Part shown: positions 39,590-51,674 of the stretch, piece after piece | How the letters are laid out: every line of letters starts with the position of its first letter | How positions within the stretch are numbered: position 1 is the first letter of the stretch | NCBI RefSeq assembly: GCF_018350175.1 | Contig: NC_058368.1 | Location: 64,420,001-64,484,000, forward strand | DNA length: 64,000 nt | DNA from: Felis catus | Lineage: Eukaryota | Direction of reading: 5' to 3' | Made by a program: the position numbers and the translations under genes | Notes under the pieces: generated by a model | Database searches by the model: none | Seen by the model: only the letters and a program-made list of their open reading frames with translations | Told to the model about the DNA's origin: nothing

Positions 39590-41339
39590 AGGCATTAGGT
39601 ATATATAAAGAAGTCTTAAAAATGAATAAAAAATTTAAAAAATCCAATAGAAATTTGGCAAAAGACATACTAGGTATCTCGTAGAAATGAAAGCCCATAT
39701 GATGGGTAAATTTGTGATTCAACATTATTAACCATTAACCATTGATATTCTAATCAAGACACCAATAGGATGGCATTTTCTACTTGTATCATTAGGAATA
39801 GAAAGTCTGGAAAAAACTTTTAGAGAAGATACAAGTCTATATATAGTGTTTTGATAAATTTCCAATGGGAACACACATTTGTGCAACCACTTTGGAAAAT
39901 AGTATTATCTCTTAAAAATTCAAAAATTGAATATCTATGTACTCTAAAGCCTAAAACCCTTTGGTGTGTATCCAAGAACAATGTTTGTGCACGTACATTC
40001 CGATTTGAACAATAACAATCCTAGTAGTGCTGCTCATAATAGCAAAAGTCTAGAATCAGTGGAAATGTCTATCAGTAAGAGAGTAGATGAAATAACCTCT
40101 GGATACTCATGAATATTATATGAGAGTCAAAACAAATGAAATATGACAATACAGAGCAATATGGATTTATCTTGGCAATATGATATTAAGTGAAAAAAGT
40201 ATGTTCCTAAACATTGCATACAGTATGATGTCTTTCTTATCAAGTTAGAAATATCTTAAATATAAGCAAATACACATTTTAAGACCCACACAAAGTACAT
40301 ATGCATATAAAACTGAATAAAAAGTGAAGGACAAGCTTGGGAATGCAAAGATGCTTAGGTCATCTGAGACAGTAAGGCAGAGGAATTGGATTGAGGAGGA
40401 ACCACTGGTTTGTTGTAAATTTGGTTTTAGGTTGTGGACTTGTGGTAGAAAACTCAATTATTAAAATGTACTAAGTTAATCAATAAATATATAGCAGTAT
40501 ATGAGTAAACAAATACTAGCAATTAAAACTCACATAGGCTTATGGTTATTTCAATACTTGATTTTTGAAGTTCAAAATCAATAATTACATACAGCCTTAG
40601 TGTTTTGGGGGGTATGGATAATCACTGAATTCATTAGCTCATACACTACTACTAAACATCTAGCACTAGATAAGTGTCTATTCCAATCAAAACCTACTAT
40701 GAGTTTTTAAATCACTTGAACTTGATTTCTATTGAGTGTGAAAGGATTAATAAAAGTGTATTCACACAGCATGCACAACTGAGCATGTTTAGCTGTTTTG
40801 AAAAGAAATGTACAAATCTTATTTGGAAGAGTAATATTTTTAGAACCCACTGTATGCTTAATGTTAAAAAAAATTCATAGTTGTCTTCATTCTCCAGGCA
40901 TTTTGTTAGTAACTTACTACCTACATTTTAACATTTTTATGTTTGACCTTGTCAAAACATAATTCTCAATATGATGATTATAAAGTTACACATGCTCTGA
41001 ACTTGCAGCTGGGAAAGCTTTTGTTCTGTAATTTGACAAGTAATTCTGGTCATAAATTTTGATATAATTTTCCACTAAGGAGTCAAGCTAGTTGATATTA
41101 AATCATGGGTTCTCTGACTTACCATTCTCTATTGATATAACTATGGTAATATATAGCTAAGGTATATACAACCTCTTTCTTTAAAATAGCTCAAAACAGT
41201 TTATTATGAAGTTTATTTTGCTCCTTTTACAAATTTTATTCTTTTCCCTTTTATCAGTTGATTGCAGGTCAAATAGAGATGTGATTTAGATATATAGATA
41301 AATTTGGCTAAGCAGTAGTAGATACGGGACAGTATTAGA

Positions 41340-41720
41340 ATTTGCTGTGTAGCAGACACTATTTTAGGCAGTGATACTGTTTATTCTTTTCAATGGGAAA
41401 GACAATAAAGAAAGAAATATAAAACTTCGATGCTGTTAAGATTTAAAAGAGTGTATGATAATGATTGAATGGGTAGCCATTGTATTCTGGGTAGTCAGAT
41501 AATTATATTTAAGGAGAAGGCATTTGAGCGGAGATCTGAGTCACAAAGAGGAGTTACTAATAAGGAAATCAAGGGAAGAGCATTCCAGGCATAAATAATC
41601 CTTGAGCAAAGTTCTAGACTGAAAATAATCTCGGGAGTCTGGAGAATAGTGTGTACAAAAGAGGAAGTGGTATTCAGTTGGTGCGGGAAAGGGTAGTAGA
41701 GGGATTGATAATGAAGCTGA
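41340..41720. mobile_element. L2 LINE fragment
   Basis: gcagacactattttaggcagtg...aggagaaggcatttgagcggagatctga...gaagagcattccaggca. Confidence 0.6.
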
Positions 41721-43049
41721 TACCACATGCCCTACATGTGAGTTACCTCTTTGAGAAGTAGTTAAGAGATTAAAGTAGGTATTTTGAAAACACTAGCTCA
41801 AATAATTGGTTGTTCTTTATTATTTAATGTTAAAAACTGATATGCTTTTAACAGCATAAAGGTATGCACATATACACATGTACATATGTCATTTATTTGA
41901 AGATAAATTATTCACCTTGAAGACATAACTTCTCTTGGAGATTTTGTGGTTTTTTGTCAACATAACTGGATTTTCAAGACTGAAAAAAATCAAAATGTAA
42001 TACTCAATGAAGAAATACTTCAGTTTATTTTTATGAAGCTAAAACAATAAGAGCTCTATAGCCTTCTTACATTTAAAGTAATATAAGGAAACTTCCCTTG
42101 AATCCATGATTTTGAAACCTAAGAATACTGCTTCCCTTGCAGTCTCTCATAAAACAAGGGTCGTGTTTTATGACCCTTGCCTTCCTTAACACTAGCCCAA
42201 AGGTAGAATACTTATGGATTCTCCTTGCTGCTTACAGACCATTGAGCCTCTCTGAGGTACTTGCCATTAGATAACTTATGTTCCTCCCATTTTGAGTCAT
42301 ACTGTCCTTTCGAATTGTCTCCTTCATTTGCTGAAGACTGTAACATCTGTCTTCCTGTCTTCCTTTCTCCAAATATTTTCATTCTGTACTCTGTTATTTC
42401 AATGCTTACTAGATGATTGATTCAATGTCTTGACATCTCCATTCCTTGTCCATTTATATCAACTACTCACTGCATGTGCTCATAATAGCCTTTGCCATTA
42501 CCAATAAGAGCCCATACCCAAAAATGCAGTTTCAAATACCCATTCACTAATAATGGTCATCTTCTCTTATAGCTCTCTTTGCAACAATTACTGGGATCCT
42601 CCAGATTTTCACTGTAAATAGCTTTCTTTAGGCCCTCAATTCTCTCATTGTTTGATTGAAATTCACATTGTCTATTTACTGTCACTACCCAGAATAATCC
42701 ACTCCTTTGGCCCCTTTCCCCATCATCATTCCTGTTAGGGAATATTGCATCCCTATTTTAAATTCAGTTCTCTACTCACTGATACTTCTGTTTCTCTTAC
42801 CTAGATAAAATTCCAAGGTTATAGCTGACCAGAAAATCCAGCATAGCCCTTGTGTATTTATGTCATTCTTAAATCATTTATTTATTGCACACATATTATT
42901 TGAGAATATGCATACTTAGGATATGACCCAGTCAGCAAGGAGTCCAGGGTGACTAGAGAGGAATGGACCACAGAAAGAGAATTTGAGGATCAGATCAGAG
43001 GTGATGAGATGGTGGAAGGAGGGGCTGGAATAAGTCATCCTGGTAAATT

Positions 43050-43385
43050 CCATAGCATTTAGAATGACATGGGAGCTCTTGGTGGTTTTTGAGGAGTTTT
43101 GTTACAGTGTCTGACCCCAAAGGAGCAAAAGTGGAAGCAAGGAGACTAATTAGGAAGTTATTTAAATATTCCAAGTTAGAGATTATGGTATCCATCCTCC
43201 TGGTGGAAATGGTGGAAAGTGGTTGGATTTTCTATTTTAAAAGGAGAACTGAATAGGTTTGTTGATGGGTTAGATATGGGTATGAGTGAAAGAGAGAGTC
43301 ATCAATGGCTCTATGGTGTTCAGCCTGCAAAACTGAAAGTATGGAAATGCCATTTGTAGAGAAGAAGACTGAAAATGGAGAAATT
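43050..43385. mobile_element. L2 LINE fragment
   Basis: gtggaagcaaggagactaattaggaag...gtttgttgatgggttagatatggg...gagagagtcatcaatggctct. Confidence 0.65.
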
Positions 43386-43429
43386 GTAGTCTGATCCAGT
43401 TAGCGCTGTGTTGCAGAAGCAAGTTAATA

Positions 43430-43775
43430 GTGCAGATTACAAAGGAATCGACATAAATGCCTATGAATCAGACCAATTGTATTATGTGAGCTTGGCATAA
43501 ATTAGCAAATGAAAATTCAAACGTTGCCTCAGAGACAACAGAGAATGGAAGGACCTGAGAGGCTCCTCTTCTGTCAGTTCTCGTAAATGGTTGCCATGTG
43601 AAAATGTGGGCACTGTGACCTAATCTGCCATTTATTCTAGAGAAGCAGGAAATCTGAGTTTTTATGTAAAACATCCTTAATTTTATAAAATAATGTTTGC
43701 CAATTCAAATTAATGAAAAATAAATGCACAAAAAATAACAAAACCCTTGGTCACAAAAGTCTACATGCCCTAATT
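43430..43775. mobile_element. Possible hAT-Charlie DNA transposon remnant (MER102/MER103-like)
   Basis: agagaagcaggaaatctgagtttttatgtaaaacatcc and aaatgccta motifs recalled from this family. Confidence 0.45.
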
Positions 43776-45194
43776 CAGAACATCTGAGGATGGTAGGAAA
43801 CCTTTAATGAAGCCCTGGGATCAGAGGATGCAAACTTGAGTCCCATTATGCTGCTGGTTTACGTTAGGCTCAGTCATTTAACTTGACTCTGAGTTTCAGG
43901 GCCCTTCTCTTGTAATGGAAAACAAAACAAAACAGAATAGATTCTACACTCTGAGTTTCCTTAAGATTATGGATCAAGATGTTGACAGACAACCACCCTG
44001 TGGATGAGAAGACTGTCATGTTAATATTAGTATATAGATATCTGATGGGGAGTGAAATAGGGAACTTAGATGAATTCAAAGAATCAACCACAACAGAGTA
44101 CCTCAGTAGTAAGATGTGGACAGCCAAAGAGTTGAATTAAATTCTTGACTTTGAGGACTAGAGAGGGTGCCTGGGGAGAAAGTGGGTCCCTATCATTTGT
44201 AAATAAGCTGAAGACAAAAATATGGCTAAAGAAAACCTCCACAGATTATGGAATTATGTATAATGATCCATTCATTATTGGATTACCTGGCAGGAAATGT
44301 GGTATTTCTCAGAGTAACGCTTGGCATTTCCATTCCTGACTTGGGTGATAGCATAAAAAGTTGATAATCTACATGGATAAACTTGTATTATATAAATGTA
44401 AGACACTCAGGTTTAAATTCAATGTTGTCATTATCTGCTGTAGACCTTAGGCACTTTTTAAATCGTGGAGAGGCAGATTCCTTGACCATGATAATGGAAT
44501 AATAGAAAAATAATAATATGCTACTACGAATTCTGTAGTTTAGGGAAAGGCAATAGAGAATTAAACAATTTCCTACTATTTCATCCTCTTCACTTACCCA
44601 GTGAGTGTTTTATACTTTTTTGTAACTCAAATTGTTGTTACAGATATATTTGTGAGTTTAGAGAAGGATTTGTGGTTCTTTTCTGTTTCCTAGCCTGTAA
44701 GGATTCTTGTTAATATGTGACCACAAAGAGACTGTTACTAGCTGCTCTGAGCCTGTATCAAGGGAGATGGGTGTTGGATGAACTAGAGCACATAGATTTA
44801 GTTCTGTTAAGAGAGAAACTGACCAAGAGAATTTTAGTCATGAGTTTGTTATAAAAGAGGGTTATATATGCTTCTTTCCTGGGCACTGTCACTAGCAATT
44901 CTTCCTCTGCCTTTGAAGTTCAAGTACATAATTTCTCCCAGCAGAGGGGATGGGCTTGGATGGTGCTTTGATTTCTCTCATCACCAGGAACTCAAGTGCA
45001 AGTCCTAGAAGATATCAAGAACTCACAGGAAACATTTTCAACAGGCTTGAAAATTCATTGCTCAATTCTTACATTTTCTCTTTTAGTTAAAAAACATTTA
45101 AAAATCTCTGTGTGGCTAGAAGTAGCAGACTGTTTCCTTAGTTTTTGGCCAACATTTCCTTAATGAAGATTTTTTATTAAGATTTGGAGAGTGC

Positions 45195-46085
45195 TTTTAC
45201 TTCTGTCAAAGATAAGGTAATAGAGACCAGGTTTAGCCTTTTGGCTTAAACAGCTATAGAAAAGTGGATTACATCAAAGAATGGTTTTCATGCTTTGGAA
45301 AAAGGCAAAGGGAAGGGAAATAGACAAGGTAAGATCTACTAGTGCCCCAGCTTACTTCCTGCAGTTCCCAGGCCATTGTACAGAAGAGGGAACTTAAACA
45401 GAGCCTAGCAGTCTGCGGGAGTTGAGGAAACAGAGACCAGAGTTCACAGACACCAAGATTGCTAGAATTTATGGAGCAACTATCAGAAGAGAGAGAGACA
45501 GGGACAGACAGACAGACTGGGATCTCCTCAAATCTTGGCCTCTACTGATTGCACATGCATGAGAGATAATTACCCAAAGCAAAGGGAAAGAACAATAGAA
45601 TAGTTCATTTTTGTATTAACTAGAGTGGAAATCCTGTAACACATGGGTGTTGTGGTAAAATTTTCAGAAAATGATTGTCATAAAAATGAGGTTAAGTTCA
45701 CCCTAGACTAAAGCTGTTTCATTCTTGCTTTAGGAAACTTAAAAGCAAGCATTGAAAGCTTTCCTCTAATTCCTTAACTTAATTGCATATGTAATAAAGC
45801 AGAACAAGAGACAGCACTGTTAAAAGGCACATCAAAAATCCACCAACAAACAATGTGAGGTACACGATGTCTGACACTCACTCATAAATACCCAGCTAGC
45901 AAAGAAGCCCGAAAATGCCATCCATATTCAGGAGATAAATAAAAAAGAAATCAGAACTGAGAAAGAGGATGTAACTAGTAGGCAGGGATGGCAAAATGGT
46001 GCTTATAATTATTCCCCATATGTTCAAGGGAATAAAGGAACTATGTGCGTGACTAGGAAAGAAATGGAAGATATAAAAAAAGAAG
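45195..46085 (+). mobile_element. Old L1M 5'-region fragment
   Basis: acttctgtcaaagata start, cagagcctagcagtct...gagttgagg...agaccagagttc, gcttataattattccccatatgttcaagg (resembles L1M 5'UTR/ORF1 start). Confidence 0.55.
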
Positions 46086-46430
46086 AGCTGAGAAGTTTTT
46101 TTATTAAGCATATAAATTTGAAAATTGGAAGATCTAGCTTGTGAAAACTAAAATTCAGATGAATGCATGGCTAATATTCTGCAAAAGATACCCTACAGGG
46201 TTTACTAGAATATAGGTTCATTTGTCTTTTGCTCTCTGGTGGGGAGTACCAAACTAAGCATATAGTTACATACTCAATGTTTCCTGAAGAAATGATGGAA
46301 ACACAAAACTAGCCTTTAGTTATTTCTGACTAAAACAGAGTATGAATTTGTTTTTCAAATATTTTCCTAATTTTAATAGTTTGTAGCAAGCATCAACTTC
46401 AGATTTTGAGATTGTGCTGCATTTCTATTC

Positions 46431-46628
46431 TTTTTTTAAGTTTATTTATTTAGAGAGAGAGAGCACAAGTAGGGGAGGGCCAGAGAGTGGGAGAGAGAGA
46501 GAATGTCAAGGGGACTCCATGCTGTCAATGCAGAGCCCCATGTGGGCTTGATCCCACAAATTGTGAAATCATGACCTGAGCCAAAGCCAAGAGTTAGATG
46601 ATTAACCAACTGAGCCACCCAGGCACCC
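46431..46628 (-). mobile_element. CanSINE
   Basis: aactgagccacccaggcaccc head; catttctat on both flanks. Confidence 0.95.
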
Positions 46629-49600
46629 TAATGATACATTTCTATCCTTGAGATTCAACACTGATTTTGGAAATGTATTTTCATTTTTTCAAACAGTCTT
46701 CCTATAAGTTTAACCTTTCCTTTTGCTTTTTTGCAGTCAAGTTAGTGAGAGTAAGAAATAAGCAATTGAATCATGTATCCCAGAGTAATGATATAAAACA
46801 AAGTATATTATATAAGTAAGTACATAATATATTATGAAAGATAACAAGCAAAGCTTTGTAATTATTACTTAAAAATAAAACATGTAACAACAAGATGATC
46901 TGTTTTCCAGTTCTGGTCTTGCTGGTTCTCTATTTTATCTTTTCCTTATTACCAGAGAAATTTTCCATTAAGTTTTTATTAATTAGTCTTTTATTTGATT
47001 ACTGACTCAGTACTTTGCAGGAATACATGTCTCATGTATAGCTTTCATTGACATAGGTAAACATGAATAATAGCAAGCCATAATAAAGCTAGCACTATTG
47101 ATCAAGACTTTTTTCTGAAATTCTTCATATTTTCAGTGCACTAACAGACAGTAAGGCATCTTCTCATAAGGGTAATTCAGGTTTCATTTTTTTTTTAATG
47201 TAGTGTCTGAATAGACATATTCAGGTTTGAGTGCTATATCTGACATTTCAATTCAAAGTTAAGGCCACCAGCATTTACAGCTACAGCTGTTCTATTAAAT
47301 ATTTGTTAGACAGAAAGACAGAGGATTACTTCTTTTCATAAACCTAGTACTTTCAGCATGACACCTAAGAGAAAAAGTCGACTAGACATCAACACAAATT
47401 TCATTTTTTGATTGAAACTCTGATAGCATTATTATTCAGACATTGGCATTAGCGCTTCAAGACTAGTGCACATATCATAGAAATAAATACAGTTTTGTTA
47501 CCTGGAAAGTAAGGTAGAAGATTTGGGAACTGACATATTGCAAAAATATTTAATTTGCAGTTTACTTGGTGTGCTTGTAGCATTATTGTTGCCTAGATTT
47601 ATTTGACTTCAGAGCATAGTTTGTACTTCTTTATATTGAATCATCATTTTACACCCATTTCAGACAGGACAGTTACATTAATAATCCATTCAGTTTGTTG
47701 CCACGTGTCAAAGTCTACAAAAGTAATGCGCACAAAGAAACAACCAGATAGAAAATGGAAGAAAGGAAAACCGCATTAATCAGAAAACTCCCAAGCAGAG
47801 AGTTGGAGACTTAAGGCTATTTCTAAAGCAACAGAGTAATATTTTCATAGCCATGAGACTTAACAAAATCCATATTCTAATTAATTTTGCAAACAATTTT
47901 GTCAGTATCAATGCAACCTTGATTTAATTTTAATTGCCATCATGCATTCACCAGGAGTGGTGTTCTAGAAGGTCATTGGGTCATTAACCTAGAAATTCTT
48001 TTTGCCACAAAACTAAAGAATTTTCATTCAATGGATAGTCTTATCAATATGTTTAACAGTTAAAGCATTTGTTAATCTACCTTTTGTTTGTCCAAACTCT
48101 TGTCACTTTTGGCCTTTCTCATAACTTCTGTGATGTAAGTCTGAGGTTGGTAAGAAATATTTTGCATTTGTTATATAACAAAGTTAGTGACAATACCATT
48201 TTTCTATTTTGAAAATTTTTTTCCATTTTGTACTTCCACCTTAAGATTGCCAAACTCGAGATTTATATCTTCATGTAATTGAGTAAACAAAATGATTTGA
48301 CATGAGGAAGTAAAAAGCAGGTTTAAAACATATTTTTCTATTTCCTCCCTATCTTGCAAGGTAATTTTATGAAAAATGCAATTTCTGTGGGGTCTTGAAA
48401 TGAACTAGGAAAAGTCTTCACATGCTGGATATTCCCCAGAACTGGAAATGAGGGAGGGCATTGGGAAGGAGATCCAAGTCCTTTTTCAGGACTTGATAAA
48501 TTCTGCTTGAGGGGCTGGTTAGTGGTGAAGCATATAGAATTATTCAAGTTACTAAGGTAAAACTTCTTATTGTCACCAACAAGCAGCTGATAGTTATACT
48601 CTTAACCTCAGAAACAAAATTCCAAAAACTAAGTAGAATCCTGAAACTTAATTTTGCTAAGTGTCATTTTAAAATTTTGGACTGAAATATGAATTTGCAA
48701 AAGTATTGAATAATTTACAAATGATTTATAATTCAAACTACTTTAACAGACTTGGTATTCACTTTTATATTCCTTAGAAAGGCTGGAGTCTAAGTTAACC
48801 AAAGCTAGGCATACACACTTTTGAGTTAAGGATGTCCTTTGGTTTTCTAGGGAGAAGAATAGTTATTGGCTTTCTGTTCATGGTTTCTTTGTATGAGAAG
48901 AAAAACAGTCTTTAAGTGTTGTGGTCAAGGATGAGCTTCCTGCACTATCTTTCCTCAACCTGTACACTATCTCACTGGTATTTGTCCAAGTATAATGTGG
49001 AAAAATTCATAGACAAAGTAAGATAGTATTTGGTGATCTGCAAGGTACTGGGATGGCCTGGGTGACTAAATAATAAACAAGATACAATTTTTGTCCTCAC
49101 AAAGATTGCAATGAGTAAAAATATAAGACAGGTAAATATCAGACTTGAATATGGTAACTGTCATTCATCAGTGCATCTTTAGAACACTTTGTATTGCTCT
49201 CACTCTTGCTGTATTTCCATTGGTACCCAGTGTACTATATTAAATCAAATGTGCGTTCAATTAGCAAAGCCTGAATGAATAAAACTATGGATAGGAGTGC
49301 TACAAACTCTTCCAGGAAAACTACTTTATGAGTCTTAAGCTATTCGCTCAATGAACCTCAATAAAAATGAATTAAGAGCAGTGATAACACCAAATCTCAG
49401 ACCTTCCCATCATAAAAATCCTTGCAATTTAATGCATAATCACTTACCATTAACATTTCGTTTTCTTATCTTTTGCCTGTGTGGTATTATAGGTAGTAAT
49501 TAGAATTGATTTTTATAGTATAATTTCACAAGATACCAAAATAAGTACTCTGCTAAAGGCTAGAAAAAGATTTATGATATACTTTCAAATGTTAACTCTA

Positions 49601-51369
49601 CAATTCTATTAAAGAAAATCAACAAATATTTAATAAGTCCATGTAGTAAGGTGCTCATCTACACATTGTCCTATCAATGTTTATAGACAGGTTCTTTTTT
49701 AAGACAAATTTACTAAGTACTGTCGCCAGATGACTTTTCTGCTTCTGTAGAATCATCAAAGTATTATTTTCAATTTCAGCCTGGTAATTTTTCCATAGAA
49801 TTTAAAATTCTTGCTATCACCTATTGCTGTATAAAATGTAAAATATATGATTATAACTGTCAGGTCTGAATATGGAAAATTTAGCTGAGCATTAGAAAAT
49901 TAATTTGATTAAAACAAAGCTAGACATTCATATGGAAGTTGAGTGTGAAATAACTTGGTGACATGTGTAGGAATTGCTGTAAGACCAATGATTACTGAAT
50001 ATATGTTGGAGCGAAGCCATTAAAACTGCTTTCTCCTAGTCAATTATGACAATATCTGGTTATTCCTAAGGGTCATGAATTTTAGCAGGAGGACTAAGTT
50101 GTTCACCTACTAAGTTTTCACTGCAACTGCTTAATTTATTTTCCATTAAATGGTCAGTAGATTGGTGGTTTCTGAATTACAAAATGCACAGGGAATCATT
50201 ACCTTGGAGTAATTGTCAGATGGAAAAGGAAGCCTATTATGTCAGCAAAATTGATGATTACTTAAGATGGGATGAAAACTCCCCCTACTTAATTTTATCT
50301 AAAATCCAGAAATCAGTGGTTTGCTTTTAAAATTTGAAGAGTCAAAGAAACAGAAAAATCAGCATGTCAATCATCTGTAACATTCTGTTAAATGGAAAAT
50401 AAAGATGGAAAATTAACTCAGTCACTTCCAAATAAGATTTTTAAAAAGCATTGTTCATTTAGCCCTGAAGTATTTTGGAGCTGTGTTTTGCTCTTTTAGG
50501 ACACAACTGCCATACATAATAAATACACTCAGTGCCCTATCAGTATATCCCTCCAAATAATTTAATTTTTTGCAACATATACTTTGTAACATTAGTTTAT
50601 AATATTGTTAGGTACTTTGTGCCCTGTGATTATAAATCTCTTTCTGTCTAACTTACAGTCTTTCATATCCCTGATAATATTCTGCTGTGGTACATAGCTC
50701 ATGAAAAAGATTCTTTTAAAGCAGAGCAGGAAGGTTATAAAGGTGAAAATATATACATCACAAAGTCCATTCCAATAGAATTTTCAGTATAGAAAAAGAG
50801 TAATCAACTCGAGCTAGTTTCATTTTAGTCTTCCTAAACGTGACAAATCCTGCCACAACTAACCAAGGTCACAATAATGTTCCTTCATCTGATTAACAGT
50901 GAAGGAAGGAGAATGGTTAGTTTCATGGAACTGATAAATAATTCATCATAATATGATTGGTGTAATGTTGCTGAATGTAGTTACTAAAATGCCATTCATA
51001 TTTTCTTGAAATTATTCAATAATTCCATTAATATTATAGCATACTGCTTTGACCTTGGGTTGCAGTTTTCCTGCAGATGAATCAAAACCCTGAGCTCTGA
51101 TGTGAATTTACTTTATTAACCCTCTCAGTAACTACAGAATCAACTTGGAAAAATTTAATAAATAGAAACCATGGTATAGACTCAAACCTTAGTTAAAAAT
51201 CACACTGTTATAAGCCAGTAGAAGATGTCAAAGACAGAATAACACCTTTTGCAATAAGTTCTGATTCCTTATTAACTGAATATATCACACCTTAGATTGG
51301 GCGAAGTTTAATAAAATGAGTCCTCTTACCCTTGGTGTGCAGATAAAGTAGCTGGGTGACAGGGGCAGG

Positions 51370-51530
51370 TAGCTCTGATTTGTAGTATTTGCTAATTTTC
51401 TGTGGTGCAAATGTTTCCATAAGGGCTGATTTTAAACTCTCAGCATGATGGCACTAAACTTCTAGTTAACAGGAGATATGCACAATTGATTCTTAGGAGT
51501 GGAGCCAGTAAGAGCCTCCTCCTGGACAAA
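51370..51530 (-). mobile_element. MER63-like hAT DNA transposon fragment
   Basis: ctctgatttgtagtatttgctaattttctgtggtgcaaat...gagatatgcacaattgattct...gagccagtaagagcc resembles the recalled MER63 consensus. Confidence 0.6.
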
Positions 51531-51674
51531 ACAAATAAATAAAATGGATTATTGATCTTCTGCTTGTAATCCTGATAGGTTCTGTACAATGGAATTCTCT
51601 AGACCGATGTTTCTCAAACTTTAATGTGCAAAGAAATCACCCAAGTAGCTTCTTATTTAAAACAGAGTCTCTTC

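Larger units (their letters stand above)
34590..40300 (+). mobile_element. Ancient, highly diverged L1 (L1M-type), interrupted by a young L1 and three directly inserted SINEs
   Basis: Remnants in L1 order: gatatgatcatatatagagaaacc (DDMILYxENP-like, 35220), gaaaagtccattgcatttctata (QKSxAFLY-like), resuming after 38305 (gtcaagtatttaagaataaa), then gcaaccactttggaaaa (39883) and atattaagtgaaaaaag (40183). Confidence 0.7.
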
